This document shows positions 17,889-26,616 of a stretch of DNA of 64,000 bases, one piece after another; the stretch's first letter is position 1, and each line of letters starts with the position of its first letter. The position numbers were made by a program, and so were the translations under genes. This stretch comes from an uncultured Verrucomicrobiota bacterium. GTDB taxonomy: Bacteria > Verrucomicrobiota > Kiritimatiellia > CAJWTS01. The notes below the pieces were generated by a model, which saw only the letters and a list, made by a program, of their open reading frames with translations, had not been told where the DNA came from and did not search any database. The DNA lies in NCBI GenBank assembly GCA_913047795.1, contig CAJWTS010000008.1, positions 16,634 through 80,633 of the forward strand. Direction: 5' to 3'.

Positions 17889-19840
17889 TGCCAGTCGTTC
17901 TCCTGGAGCCCGTCCTTCTCCGGCAGTTCGATCTGTGGAAAGAAAGCATTGTTGCTCTTTTCGATCGACGTGCGACGGAACGCCGGATGCAATACGACGA
18001 GTAGAATGCCCACCAGGATCGCGACCAGCGTTACAATCAAGAGCTTCTTGCCGCCTTCGCGCATCACGGTCTTCGGACGCACGGACCGGTCTTCCGTCCA
18101 GGCCACGTCCTGGCCGAGCCCATTCATGCGGGAGACCATGTAGCGTACGAAATGAACGAAATTTCCCTCGGCGACGCGACCGAGCAGGCGATGCGGATAC
18201 TGCGAGTTCGTGTCGGGACGACAGACGGCGGCGGCACTGTGTCCGCCATCCGCTTCGGATCCAATCTCCGGCATCATGGAGCCTAGATTCATGGCCAGGT
18301 CCGCCTGGTTCAGACGGCGCGCTACCATCAGCGAACTTCCATAACAATAGAACAGGTAATCGGCCTCGGGCACGGTCTCACTAAAATACTCGCAGGCGCG
18401 TCCAATGCTCAGGCGCGGCATACCCGGCTCGGTCTGGACCGCAAGAACCATCAAGATACGAACGTAGTCGTCCGTCTCGTCGCGGCCGCGTGCAGGCCGG
18501 GGTGCGTCGCTGCCGGGCCCGTAGGCCTGGCCTCCGGCGTCGGCGCCCGCGCGCGCCGCGCGCCGCAGGTTCATGACAAAGACGTTTTCGTTCAGACGCG
18601 GCTCCATCTCCTTGATCTGGGTCTCCTCGCGATCCGCCACCGCACCCCATCCCCGGGCGCGCATACGCTCCATTGCGTCGTCGCTCTCGATGGAATCCAG
18701 CGCCAGCTGCGCCAGTTCGACCTTGCACGCGTTGCCTTTGATCAGGCCCGTCATCAACACGCCCAGGTCGGTCCGGTTCGTGACGAAATCCTCGCCGTGG
18801 GCCGCGGCACGAAGTGTGCGTACGCCGGGACCATCCCAGGCCTGATTCTCGATCAAACTCTCGTAGACCATATCCGTTCCGCACTTCAACGCATCTTCGG
18901 GCAATTCCTCGCCCTGCAGCGGACCGCTCAAGGCGAACATTCCGAGCAAACCGTCCGCGACGAGTTTCTCGAGCATGGCATGCTGCTCCGGCGTGTAGGG
19001 GTGGTGATCCTCGAAACGTTCAACGTGAACGCCATGTTCCGCCAGTGCACGGACGTCTTCATCAAAATGCGGAAAGGCGCCGATCGGAAGATCGGCCATC
19101 AATACATCCGACTGGCCGTACTGCGAAAGCGCGTTCAGGCGTTCATGGTAATTGATGAATACAAAACGAAAATCACGCCCGTAGAGCGCCTCTGCGCCGG
19201 TCGCCCGCGCCTGGCCTTGCATGGCATGGGCATAGAGCACCGCGCTGGAGACGGTATCCATGTCGCCGCCAGTCTCGTGCATGTCACGGACCATCTCCAG
19301 GAGTTCCACGAGGTCGCCATCGGGGCCCTCTGTCTGTTCGCGGATCAGGTCGCGGGCCTCGACCTCGGAGGGCGCGCCCTTCTTCGCATCGGTCAACGTC
19401 GCACCGAGGCTGTCGATGGCGGGCATGATGCCATCCAGCTCTTTCAAGGCCTCACGACGAAGTTGGTCTGCGCGTCGCTGACGAGCGCCGGGCATCACCG
19501 GGATACCGAAAGTGGCAAAATCGTCGGCGAGCCGCAGATCTGGGAACCGATAGTAGTCGTCCTTATCAAACCCTTCGGGCGGCCGGGCGGCCGTACCGCA
19601 ACAGGCGACCAGCCGACCCACGATCAGTTTCTGGAACGCCTGCACGTAGGTGTCGGGCTCAGGATGGCGCAGGAGCTGACGCAGGAGTGTGCCGACGCGT
19701 TTATCGACATGGAAATTGCCGTCGTCCCAGAATGCGTCAAAATGAAACAGCCCTTTTACGCGGATAACGGCTTCGGCAAAGGTGCCGCCCCAGCCGTGAA
19801 TGACGATCAATTTCAGGCGATCAGGCTTGGATGAATTCAT
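17885..19840 (-). CDS. DHH/DHHA1-like phosphoesterase with a C-terminal transmembrane anchor (tentative)
   Basis: 651 aa. DHH triad in ERFEDHHPYT. KCGTDMVYESL resembles DHH motif IV. DGGHSAAAV resembles the DHHA1 GGGH motif. The C-terminal TM segment is LLIVTLVAILVGILLVVL. Its stop overlaps the comEC start (ATGA 17885-17888). Confidence 0.55.
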   Translation of the reverse strand: MNSSKPDRLKLIVIHGWGGTFAEAVIRVKGLFHFDAFWDDGNFHVDKRVGTLLRQLLRHPEPDTYVQAFQKLIVGRLVACCGTAARPPEGFDKDDYYRFPDLRLADDFATFGIPVMPGARQRRADQLRREALKELDGIMPAIDSLGATLTDAKKGAPSEVEARDLIREQTEGPDGDLVELLEMVRDMHETGGDMDTVSSAVLYAHAMQGQARATGAEALYGRDFRFVFINYHERLNALSQYGQSDVLMADLPIGAFPHFDEDVRALAEHGVHVERFEDHHPYTPEQHAMLEKLVADGLLGMFALSGPLQGEELPEDALKCGTDMVYESLIENQAWDGPGVRTLRAAAHGEDFVTNRTDLGVLMTGLIKGNACKVELAQLALDSIESDDAMERMRARGWGAVADREETQIKEMEPRLNENVFVMNLRRAARAGADAGGQAYGPGSDAPRPARGRDETDDYVRILMVLAVQTEPGMPRLSIGRACEYFSETVPEADYLFYCYGSSLMVARRLNQADLAMNLGSMMPEIGSEADGGHSAAAVCRPDTNSQYPHRLLGRVAEGNFVHFVRYMVSRMNGLGQDVAWTEDRSVRPKTVMREGGKKLLIVTLVAILVGILLVVLHPAFRRTSIEKSNNAFFPQIELPEKDGLQENDWQ

Positions 19841-19961
19841 ACCGGAATGGCTGCCGAGACCTCCTCGGCCAATAGCAGATGCCCGTAGGACACGGACACT
19901 TTCAGACCGATCTGCGCAGATTATCCTTTATTCTTTCGCTCGACGAATACTAAATAGGGAT

Positions 19962-20357
19962 ATGCGCAAACGGCATCTTCTCCCCATCATCTGTGGGCTG
20001 GCGGCACTCATGCTGACCTCCTGCGGCAAGGAACCGCCTGTAATAAACTTTGGCGGTTCCTGGAATTCCGCTCAGTGGGGTGCCATGCGGGTCGTGCAAA
20101 CGGGCGATCATGTGGCCGGGACGTACGAGTACCAGGACGGCCGGATCGAAGGCACCGTAAGCGAGAACAAACTCACATTCTCCTGGTGGCAGAACGTGCC
20201 CCCCGGCGCGTCGTTCGACGCGGCAGGCAAGAAGGATCGCGGCAACGGCTATCTCATCCTCGCGAACAACAAGAACAGCTTCGAGGGACAATGGCGCTTC
20301 GACGGCGACATCCAGTGGCGCGACGTCTGGAGCGCGCTGCGCAAGAAGGGGAATTGA
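19962..20357 (+). CDS. Small lipoprotein, unknown function
   Basis: MRKRHLLPIICGLAALMLTSCGK has a signal peptide with lipobox L-T-S-C. 131 aa from ATG 19962. The track start 19800 overlaps the divergent upstream gene. Confidence 0.6.
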   Translation: MRKRHLLPIICGLAALMLTSCGKEPPVINFGGSWNSAQWGAMRVVQTGDHVAGTYEYQDGRIEGTVSENKLTFSWWQNVPPGASFDAAGKKDRGNGYLILANNKNSFEGQWRFDGDIQWRDVWSALRKKGN

Positions 20358-20387
20358 AATTTCTCCTCCTTCCGATTTCCTTTTGCC

Positions 20388-21443
20388 TTAGCTGACTCGC
20401 ACTTCCTTGCCCACTTTCGCCGACTGGTAAATGCCGTCCAGCATCTGCTGCACCATGAGCCCGTCTTCGGCGGGAGCCAGATTCGGGCCGCCGTTCAGAA
20501 CGTGATCGATCACGCCGCGCATCTTGACGTCCCAGATATCGATTTCCGGAAGATAGGCGGGCGTGACGTCGACCATGTGGCCATAGTCATCGGTGTAGAT
20601 CTTGATCGGGTCGAGCGTGGCGCCGGCCTTCTCGCCATGGATCTTGTAGTTGAAACCCTCTTCCTGGTTGTGCATCGCGAAGCTGACCTCGAGCGCGAGA
20701 ATCGAGTTGTCCGCAAAGCGAATCTGACCGACCGCAAGGTCGTCCACGTTGTAGGTCTTGGTGTCCCAGCCCGGCCACATGCATTTTATGTCGCGCGCCT
20801 TCTTCGGGTCGTCGCCAATAAAGGTCCAGGCGTTGCCGCTGACCGCAACCGGCTTCGGGCGTCCGATGGCATACCAGGCCTGCTCAAGCGCGTGCACCCC
20901 AACATCGATCAGGCCACCACCGCCCTGTAATTCCTTGCGACCGAAGACGCCCCAGTTGGGAATGCCGCGACGACGGTAGTAGGAAACGCGGGTGAACATG
21001 ATTTTTCCGAAGCGGCCGGCAGCGATCGCCTCTTTGAGAAACTGCACGCGCGCCTCGAAGCGATGCTGGAAGCCGACCACCAACTTACGGCGCAGCTTCT
21101 TTGACCGCGCAACCATGGCCTTGCATTCGCGTGCATTCATGGCCATCGGCTTTTCGACAAACACGTGACTACCGGCCTGCATGGCGTCCATGGCCGGCTT
21201 GTAGTGCAGAAAGTTGGGCGTACAGACGTCGACTAACGGTGGCTTCAACTCGCGTAGCATCTTGCGGTAATCAGAATAGGTCGGAATATCGTATGCTTCG
21301 GCCCAGTGCTTGCGCGAAGCGGGCGCAACGTCCGACATGCCGATAATCTCGACGTCGTCATACTTACTGAACAAGCCGGCGTGATGTCCGGCGATGCCGC
21401 CGCCGCCGATGAATGCGATCTTCAGAGTCTTCTTCTTAGCCAT
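20388..21443 (-). CDS. Gfo/Idh/MocA family NAD(P)-dependent oxidoreductase
   Basis: KIAFIGGGGIAGHHA Rossmann N-terminus, then HVFVEKPMA. 351 aa. Confidence 0.85.
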   Translation of the reverse strand: MAKKKTLKIAFIGGGGIAGHHAGLFSKYDDVEIIGMSDVAPASRKHWAEAYDIPTYSDYRKMLRELKPPLVDVCTPNFLHYKPAMDAMQAGSHVFVEKPMAMNARECKAMVARSKKLRRKLVVGFQHRFEARVQFLKEAIAAGRFGKIMFTRVSYYRRRGIPNWGVFGRKELQGGGGLIDVGVHALEQAWYAIGRPKPVAVSGNAWTFIGDDPKKARDIKCMWPGWDTKTYNVDDLAVGQIRFADNSILALEVSFAMHNQEEGFNYKIHGEKAGATLDPIKIYTDDYGHMVDVTPAYLPEIDIWDVKMRGVIDHVLNGGPNLAPAEDGLMVQQMLDGIYQSAKVGKEVRVS

Positions 21444-21625
21444 GCGGATCTCCGTTGTTATCCGGTTAATGAAAAGTTCGCGCTTTATGGGCGAGGATCA
21501 GCCGGGCGTCAAGACCATTGCCGATCTTTTGCATGCCCATCGTATGTGCCGGGAACCACCGGAAATCGGTCGCTTGACTTAGCCCTTTCGGTAAAGCCGC
21601 TGTTACGCGGTGGCTTGCGATGCGC

Positions 21626-21654
21626 TTGACCTGCGGCTTGGAGTCTGGGAGAAT
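21626..21654 (+). promoter_or_regulatory. Sigma70-like promoter candidate
   Basis: TTGACC (21626-21631), a 17-nt spacer, then GAGAAT (21649-21654), about 10 nt upstream of ATG 21664. This is pattern match only, and promoter consensus in this lineage is unknown. Confidence 0.2.
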
Positions 21655-21663
21655 CACGGCTCG

Positions 21664-22059
21664 ATGGAACTAACATTCTACAAAACCGTGTTGGGCCTCC
21701 ACGTTCTATGCATGGCGGGCGTCTTCGGCGGACTCATCGCGGCCTGCGCTGTTGCACGCGGCGACGGCGATTCGGCGGCCGCCAATGGACGCGCGGCCAT
21801 GCGGCCGCTCAACATTCTACTGCTGGTTGGATTCTTAATGGGCCTGGTGCTCTTTGTGCACCTGACGCGATCCGACACTGCGCCCGCGCATGTACACGCC
21901 GCGATCGGAATAAAGATGCTGCTGTTTGTCGCCCTGGGGGCATTCATGGGAATGGGATCCTCCGCATTCAAGAAGGGCAACGCAGCACGCGGGCGACTGA
22001 TGCAGATACTCGGTCTCGTGATCTGCACGATCGCAGCCCTTGTCGGCGTAAGCATCTGA
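21664..22059 (+). CDS. Small integral membrane protein (about 4 TM), unknown function
   Basis: MELTFYKTVLGLHVLCMAGVFGGLIAACAV..., with four hydrophobic segments. 131 aa from ATG 21664. Confidence 0.5.
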   Translation: MELTFYKTVLGLHVLCMAGVFGGLIAACAVARGDGDSAAANGRAAMRPLNILLLVGFLMGLVLFVHLTRSDTAPAHVHAAIGIKMLLFVALGAFMGMGSSAFKKGNAARGRLMQILGLVICTIAALVGVSI

Positions 22060-22103
22060 TCGACACGCGATCCGAATCGGCGACTTAACAACGGTGAAAA
22101 CTC

Positions 22104-24131
22104 ATGCATGAGCTACGCTTTCGCCAGATTCATCTCGATTTCCACACATCGCCCGCGATTGCCGAAATCGGCAGCCGGTTCGATAAGAAGCAGTGGCAGA
22201 CGGCACTTCAGGACGGCCACGTCGATTCCGTCACCTGCTTCGGCGTCTGCCATCACGGCTGGAACTACAACGACACGACCGTTGGCGAACGACACCCGCA
22301 TCTCGATTTCGACCTGCTGCGTGCGCAGTACGACGCCTGCAAAGAAATCGACGTCAACGTACCGATCTACATCACCGCCGGCGTGAGCAACCGCGTTGCG
22401 GAGGCACATCCCGAATGGCGCGAGATTGCACCGAACGGAAGCTACGCGGCGTGGACTTCCAGCACGCTTGACGCGGGGTTCAAGTCCCTCTGCTTTAACA
22501 GCCCCTACACCGACTATCTCTGCGAACTGATTCACGAGATTGTCGAACAATATCCCGCATGTGACGGCATCTTCCTGGATATCATTTCGCAGGCGCAATG
22601 CTGCTGCGTATTCTGCATGCGCAGCATGGTCGACGGCGGACTGGATCCAACCGACGAGGCCGACCGAACGGAGATGTCGCGGCGATCACTGGAACGCTAC
22701 TATCGCATGGCGACGGAAGCCTGCCGCAGCACGAACCCCGACATGCCGGTGTTCCACAACAGCGGACATATCACGCGCGGAAAGCGCGACCTGCTGAAGT
22801 ACTTCAGCCATCTTGAACTGGAGTCGCTTCCCACCGGCGGCTGGGGCTACGATCACTTTCCCGTCTCGGCCAAGTATTGCCATCGCCTTGAACACGACTT
22901 CATGGGCATGACCGGCAAGTTCCATACAACCTGGGGCGAATTCGGGGGCTACAAACACCCTAATGCGCTGCGCTACGAATGCGCGGCCATGCTCGCGTTT
23001 GGATCAAAATGCAGTATCGGCGACCAACTGCATCCATGCGGCGAGATGGACATGTCCACCTACGGAATCATTGGGGCGGCCTACGCCGAGGTGGAGGCCA
23101 AGGAGCCGTTCTGTATCAACACGGACAACATCGCCGATGTTGCCCTACTCTCCGCATCAGCCGTGGATCCGACCGGTCCGCGGATGGACACCGCGGATGA
23201 CGGCGCGGCGCGCATCCTGCTCGAAGGGCACGTGCTCTTCGACGTCATCGATACGGATATGCCCTTTGATCGCTATCGCGTCTTGCTCCTGCCCGACGAC
23301 GTGCGTGTCGATGACGAACTGATCGCCAAAATCAATGCATTCCTCGCCGGCGGCGGCAAACTTTTCCTGAGCGGGAAGAGTGGCTGGACGCGCGACGACC
23401 AGCCGGCCTGCGACATCGGCGCGATGTGGGAAGGCGAAAGCCCGTATCAGCCGGACTTCATTCAACCGATACCGGAATTGGCACCCGATTTCGCGGCTGA
23501 CCCGATCGTGATGTACCTGCCCTCGCAACGGATCAGGGTCACGGATACGACCCGTGGAACATCGCTGGGCAAAATCTACGACCCGTATTTCAACCGCAGC
23601 TGGGAGCATTTCTGCAGCCATCAGCATGCGCCCCCAAAACCAAATCCATCCGGCTATGACTGTGCGGTGTTAAACGGCAATACGATGTACCTCGCCCATC
23701 CGGTGTTCACGCATTATCGCGCCACCGGCGCCGTGGCGCATCGCGACTATGCCTTGAAGGCGCTGCGCATGTTACTCGGCGATGACGAACGCTTATCGGT
23801 CAATCTGCCGTCGACCGGGCGCGTGACGCTGATGGATCAGCCCGCGGAGAATCGTTATGTCCTGCATCTGCTACACGCTAATACGATCACCCGTGGCGGA
23901 CCCATGGAGCTTTCCGGCGGTAATCTCTCGCGTGCGACCCAGTCCGTAGAAGTCATCGAAGATATCGTACCACTGCATGATACCCGCGTCGCATTGCAAC
24001 TCGACAGCCCGATCACGAAAGTGACGATCGAACCGCAGGGCACCGAAATCCCGTTCGAGATGGACGGCGATCGCATTAGGCTGACTGTTGATTCGTTTGC
24101 CTGCCACCAGATGGTGGTGCTGTGGCGGTAG
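22104..24131 (+). CDS. GH42-like putative glycoside hydrolase (TIM barrel plus beta-galactosidase-trimerisation-like domain)
   Basis: 675 aa. The N-terminal LRFRQIHLDFHTSP...VDSVTCFGVCHHGW pattern recurs in proteins usually annotated this way. The family assignment is from memory. Confidence 0.6.
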   Translation: MHELRFRQIHLDFHTSPAIAEIGSRFDKKQWQTALQDGHVDSVTCFGVCHHGWNYNDTTVGERHPHLDFDLLRAQYDACKEIDVNVPIYITAGVSNRVAEAHPEWREIAPNGSYAAWTSSTLDAGFKSLCFNSPYTDYLCELIHEIVEQYPACDGIFLDIISQAQCCCVFCMRSMVDGGLDPTDEADRTEMSRRSLERYYRMATEACRSTNPDMPVFHNSGHITRGKRDLLKYFSHLELESLPTGGWGYDHFPVSAKYCHRLEHDFMGMTGKFHTTWGEFGGYKHPNALRYECAAMLAFGSKCSIGDQLHPCGEMDMSTYGIIGAAYAEVEAKEPFCINTDNIADVALLSASAVDPTGPRMDTADDGAARILLEGHVLFDVIDTDMPFDRYRVLLLPDDVRVDDELIAKINAFLAGGGKLFLSGKSGWTRDDQPACDIGAMWEGESPYQPDFIQPIPELAPDFAADPIVMYLPSQRIRVTDTTRGTSLGKIYDPYFNRSWEHFCSHQHAPPKPNPSGYDCAVLNGNTMYLAHPVFTHYRATGAVAHRDYALKALRMLLGDDERLSVNLPSTGRVTLMDQPAENRYVLHLLHANTITRGGPMELSGGNLSRATQSVEVIEDIVPLHDTRVALQLDSPITKVTIEPQGTEIPFEMDGDRIRLTVDSFACHQMVVLWR

Positions 24132-24299
24132 ATATTTGCCGCCGTCTCGTTTGACTGAATCGTCCTGTCAGTAGCGCGAGGCATGGCGCAGGCATGCGCA
24201 TGAATTTCCCGTGCGTTTCTCCATTGTGCGGACTCAGCACTCACCTTGCCCGGCTCCCGGCCCGGGACGAACCGTGCTTGAAGCTGCGCAACCAACGTC

Positions 24300-24719
24300 T
24301 CAACGCAACGCATCGGGAAGCGTCACGACGAAGTCCCTGATCTCGTCCCGCACGCGACGGTAATGCGGCAAGGCATCTTCTTCGGTCGTCGCATCGGCCG
24401 CAAGCCTGGGCGGATCGTCGAAACCGCGATGGATCACAGTGGCACCCGCCGGAAAAACCGGACAGGTTTCGTGAGCATGCCCACAGACCGTTACGACGTG
24501 CGAGAGATCCACGCCATCAAGTTCATCGAGTGCCTTGCTCTGGTATCCCGAGATATCGATACCGATCTCGCCCATGACCTTGACGGCGAGCGGGTTCAGG
24601 CCATGCTTCTCGATTCCAGCCGAATAGGCCTCGATCATATCGCCCCGTAGTTCGCGGCAGAGACCCTCTGCCATCTGGCTGCGGCATGAGTTTCCCGTGC
24701 ATAGAAACAGCAATCGCAT
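24300..24719 (-). CDS. arsC: Arsenate reductase, LMW-PTP (thioredoxin-coupled) type
   Basis: MRLLFLCTGNSCRSQMAEG has the CX5R(S/T) P-loop, with downstream Cys residues (VTVCGHAHETCP). The start is ATG 24719, or 24731 as in the track. Confidence 0.85.
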   Translation of the reverse strand: MRLLFLCTGNSCRSQMAEGLCRELRGDMIEAYSAGIEKHGLNPLAVKVMGEIGIDISGYQSKALDELDGVDLSHVVTVCGHAHETCPVFPAGATVIHRGFDDPPRLAADATTEEDALPHYRRVRDEIRDFVVTLPDALR

Positions 24720-24922
24720 GTGATCACGCATGGTTGTTTTCCTGATTCTGATTGGCCGCGAACCCGGAGAATAGCACCCCTACCTGCTCCGGGCGAATAC
24801 GCATCGAAGACCCGCGTAGCTTCGCAGCCCGTCTGTGGCCCGCATAATTTTCTTTATGCCCACGACCACGAGTGTCATTATCGCCTCACACTCAAACCCT
24901 ATCCCGATCGAGGCTCACAGAT

Positions 24923-25603
24923 ATGAAACGCTCCGAAATCAACCAGGCCATTCGCGAAGCACTTGAACTTCTCGAGAATCACAACTTTGCCCTCCCGCCG
25001 TTCGCGTACTGGGAACCCGAAGACTGGCAATCGAAGGGCAAGGAGGCGGACGAGATTCGTTCGCGGGCCCTGGGTTGGGACGTGACCGACTTCGGCTCCG
25101 GCACGTTTGACGACCTCGGCCTGACCGTCGTGACCATCCGCAATGGGAAACTGGACGCGCCCGACAACGTCAAGATTTACGCAGAAAAAATGCTGATCGT
25201 TAAGGAGAACCAGGTCACCCCGTTTCATTTTCACTTCTCGAAGACCGAGGATATCATCAATCGCAGTGGCGGCGACCTCCTGGTGAAGCTGTACAATTCG
25301 GAGAAGGAAGGCGGCTTCGCGGATACAGACGTCACGGTTGGATGCGACGGCGTCGAGCGAACCGTGCCCGCCGGCGGAGAGCTCGTACTCCGCCGCGGCG
25401 AGAGCATCACGCTCATTCCCGGCGTATACCACGAGTTCCGAGGCGTTGAGGGACACGGCACCGTGCTGGTTGGCGAAGTCTCGTCCTGCAACGACGACAA
25501 CGTCGACAACCGTTTCTATACGGAACTTCCGCGCTTCCCCGAGATCGAAGAAGACGAGGCGCCGCTGCGCCTCTTATGTAACGAATACCCGGCGGCGGAG
25601 TAG
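24923..25603 (+). CDS. D-lyxose/D-mannose ketol-isomerase family cupin
   Basis: MKRSEINQAI...FALPPFAYW...GWDVTDFGSG.F...EKMLIVKENQVTPFHFH..K.EDIINRSGG. 226 aa from ATG 24923. Confidence 0.8.
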   Translation: MKRSEINQAIREALELLENHNFALPPFAYWEPEDWQSKGKEADEIRSRALGWDVTDFGSGTFDDLGLTVVTIRNGKLDAPDNVKIYAEKMLIVKENQVTPFHFHFSKTEDIINRSGGDLLVKLYNSEKEGGFADTDVTVGCDGVERTVPAGGELVLRRGESITLIPGVYHEFRGVEGHGTVLVGEVSSCNDDNVDNRFYTELPRFPEIEEDEAPLRLLCNEYPAAE

Positions 25604-25646
25604 CGGCCCCACTGCGCCGGAAGCTGCCGGCGGTTAAACAACCTTC

Positions 25647-26537
25647 ATGCCGCTGATCCCCCTACCGAGCCTTCTAGAGTCCGCGCGCGCGGGCCGCTAC
25701 GCCGTCGGCTACTTCGAAAGCTGGGATCTGGAATCGCTGCAGGCCGTGATCGATGCCGCCGAAGCCTGCGCGGCACCGGTCATCGTTGGATTCAACGGTG
25801 AGTTTCTGGCCAACCCTGAACGAGTCGCCCCGGAGCGCCTGTCGATCTTTGGCGCTGCCGGTCGGGCGGCATGCGAAGCGGCGGCCGTCCCTTGCAGCCT
25901 GATCTTCAACGAATGCCCGGCGCTCCAATCCGTCTACGAGGCGACGGAGGCAGGCTTCAATGTTGTGATGTATGTCGATCCGGATATCGAACGAGAAACA
26001 TTGATCGAGCGCGTCCGCGCACTTACGGCGCACGCCCACGCTCGCGACATCGGGGTCGAGGCGGAATTCGACGAGTTGCCCATGCACCATCCCGCGGACC
26101 AGGCCCATACCACGGATCCGGTCGAGGCGGCTCAGTTTGTCGATGCGACAGGCGTCGACGCGCTGGCCGTATCGGTCGGCAACGTTCACATCATGACCGA
26201 CGGCAACACCGCCGTGGACGCGGACGCCGTCACGCGATTGGCGGACGCGGTACCTGTCTATCTTGTCCTGCACGGCGGGACCGGCGTGGAAGCCGATTCT
26301 CTGCGCGAAGCCGTCGCGGCCGGCATCACCAAGGTCAACTACGGGACCGTGCTCAAGCAGGCCTACCTGCGTGCCACGACCCAGGCCCTCGAGGCGACGG
26401 CGGCCATCGAGAACCCCCACGACCGCTTGGGTAGCGGCCGGCCGACTGATATCCAGACAGCCGGTCGAGCAGCCGTCACAGCCGAAGTCGTCCGCCTGAT
26501 GGATGGCCTGGGCTGCTGCGGGCAAGTAGACTTGTAA
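25647..26537 (+). CDS. Class II ketose-bisphosphate aldolase family protein, atypical active site
   Basis: YAVGYFESWDLESLQAVIDAAE..APVIV, SVGNVHIM and LVLHGGTG match the family. The usual HLDH(H/G) segment reads LIFNEC. Confidence 0.7.
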   Translation: MPLIPLPSLLESARAGRYAVGYFESWDLESLQAVIDAAEACAAPVIVGFNGEFLANPERVAPERLSIFGAAGRAACEAAAVPCSLIFNECPALQSVYEATEAGFNVVMYVDPDIERETLIERVRALTAHAHARDIGVEAEFDELPMHHPADQAHTTDPVEAAQFVDATGVDALAVSVGNVHIMTDGNTAVDADAVTRLADAVPVYLVLHGGTGVEADSLREAVAAGITKVNYGTVLKQAYLRATTQALEATAAIENPHDRLGSGRPTDIQTAGRAAVTAEVVRLMDGLGCCGQVDL

Positions 26538-26616
26538 CCGCCAGATGCCTGTTGTACACATGGCCGTTCGCGCAGCAGCGCGCAACCACGGTTGCCGAAC
26601 CCGATAGCTCATCACC

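Noticed and set aside
17889-18347. N-terminal 153-aa extension of the comEC ORF in the track.
   Set aside because: It overlaps the 3' end of the DHH-like gene and is Arg/Ser/Pro-rich. The ATG at 17888 gives an ATGA coupling and begins directly with a hydrophobic ComEC N-terminus.
24300-24731. A lone arsC as a possible hint of an arsenic-resistance island.
   Set aside because: There is no arsR, arsB, ACR3 or arsA nearby. It appears to be a stand-alone LMW-PTP-type reductase.
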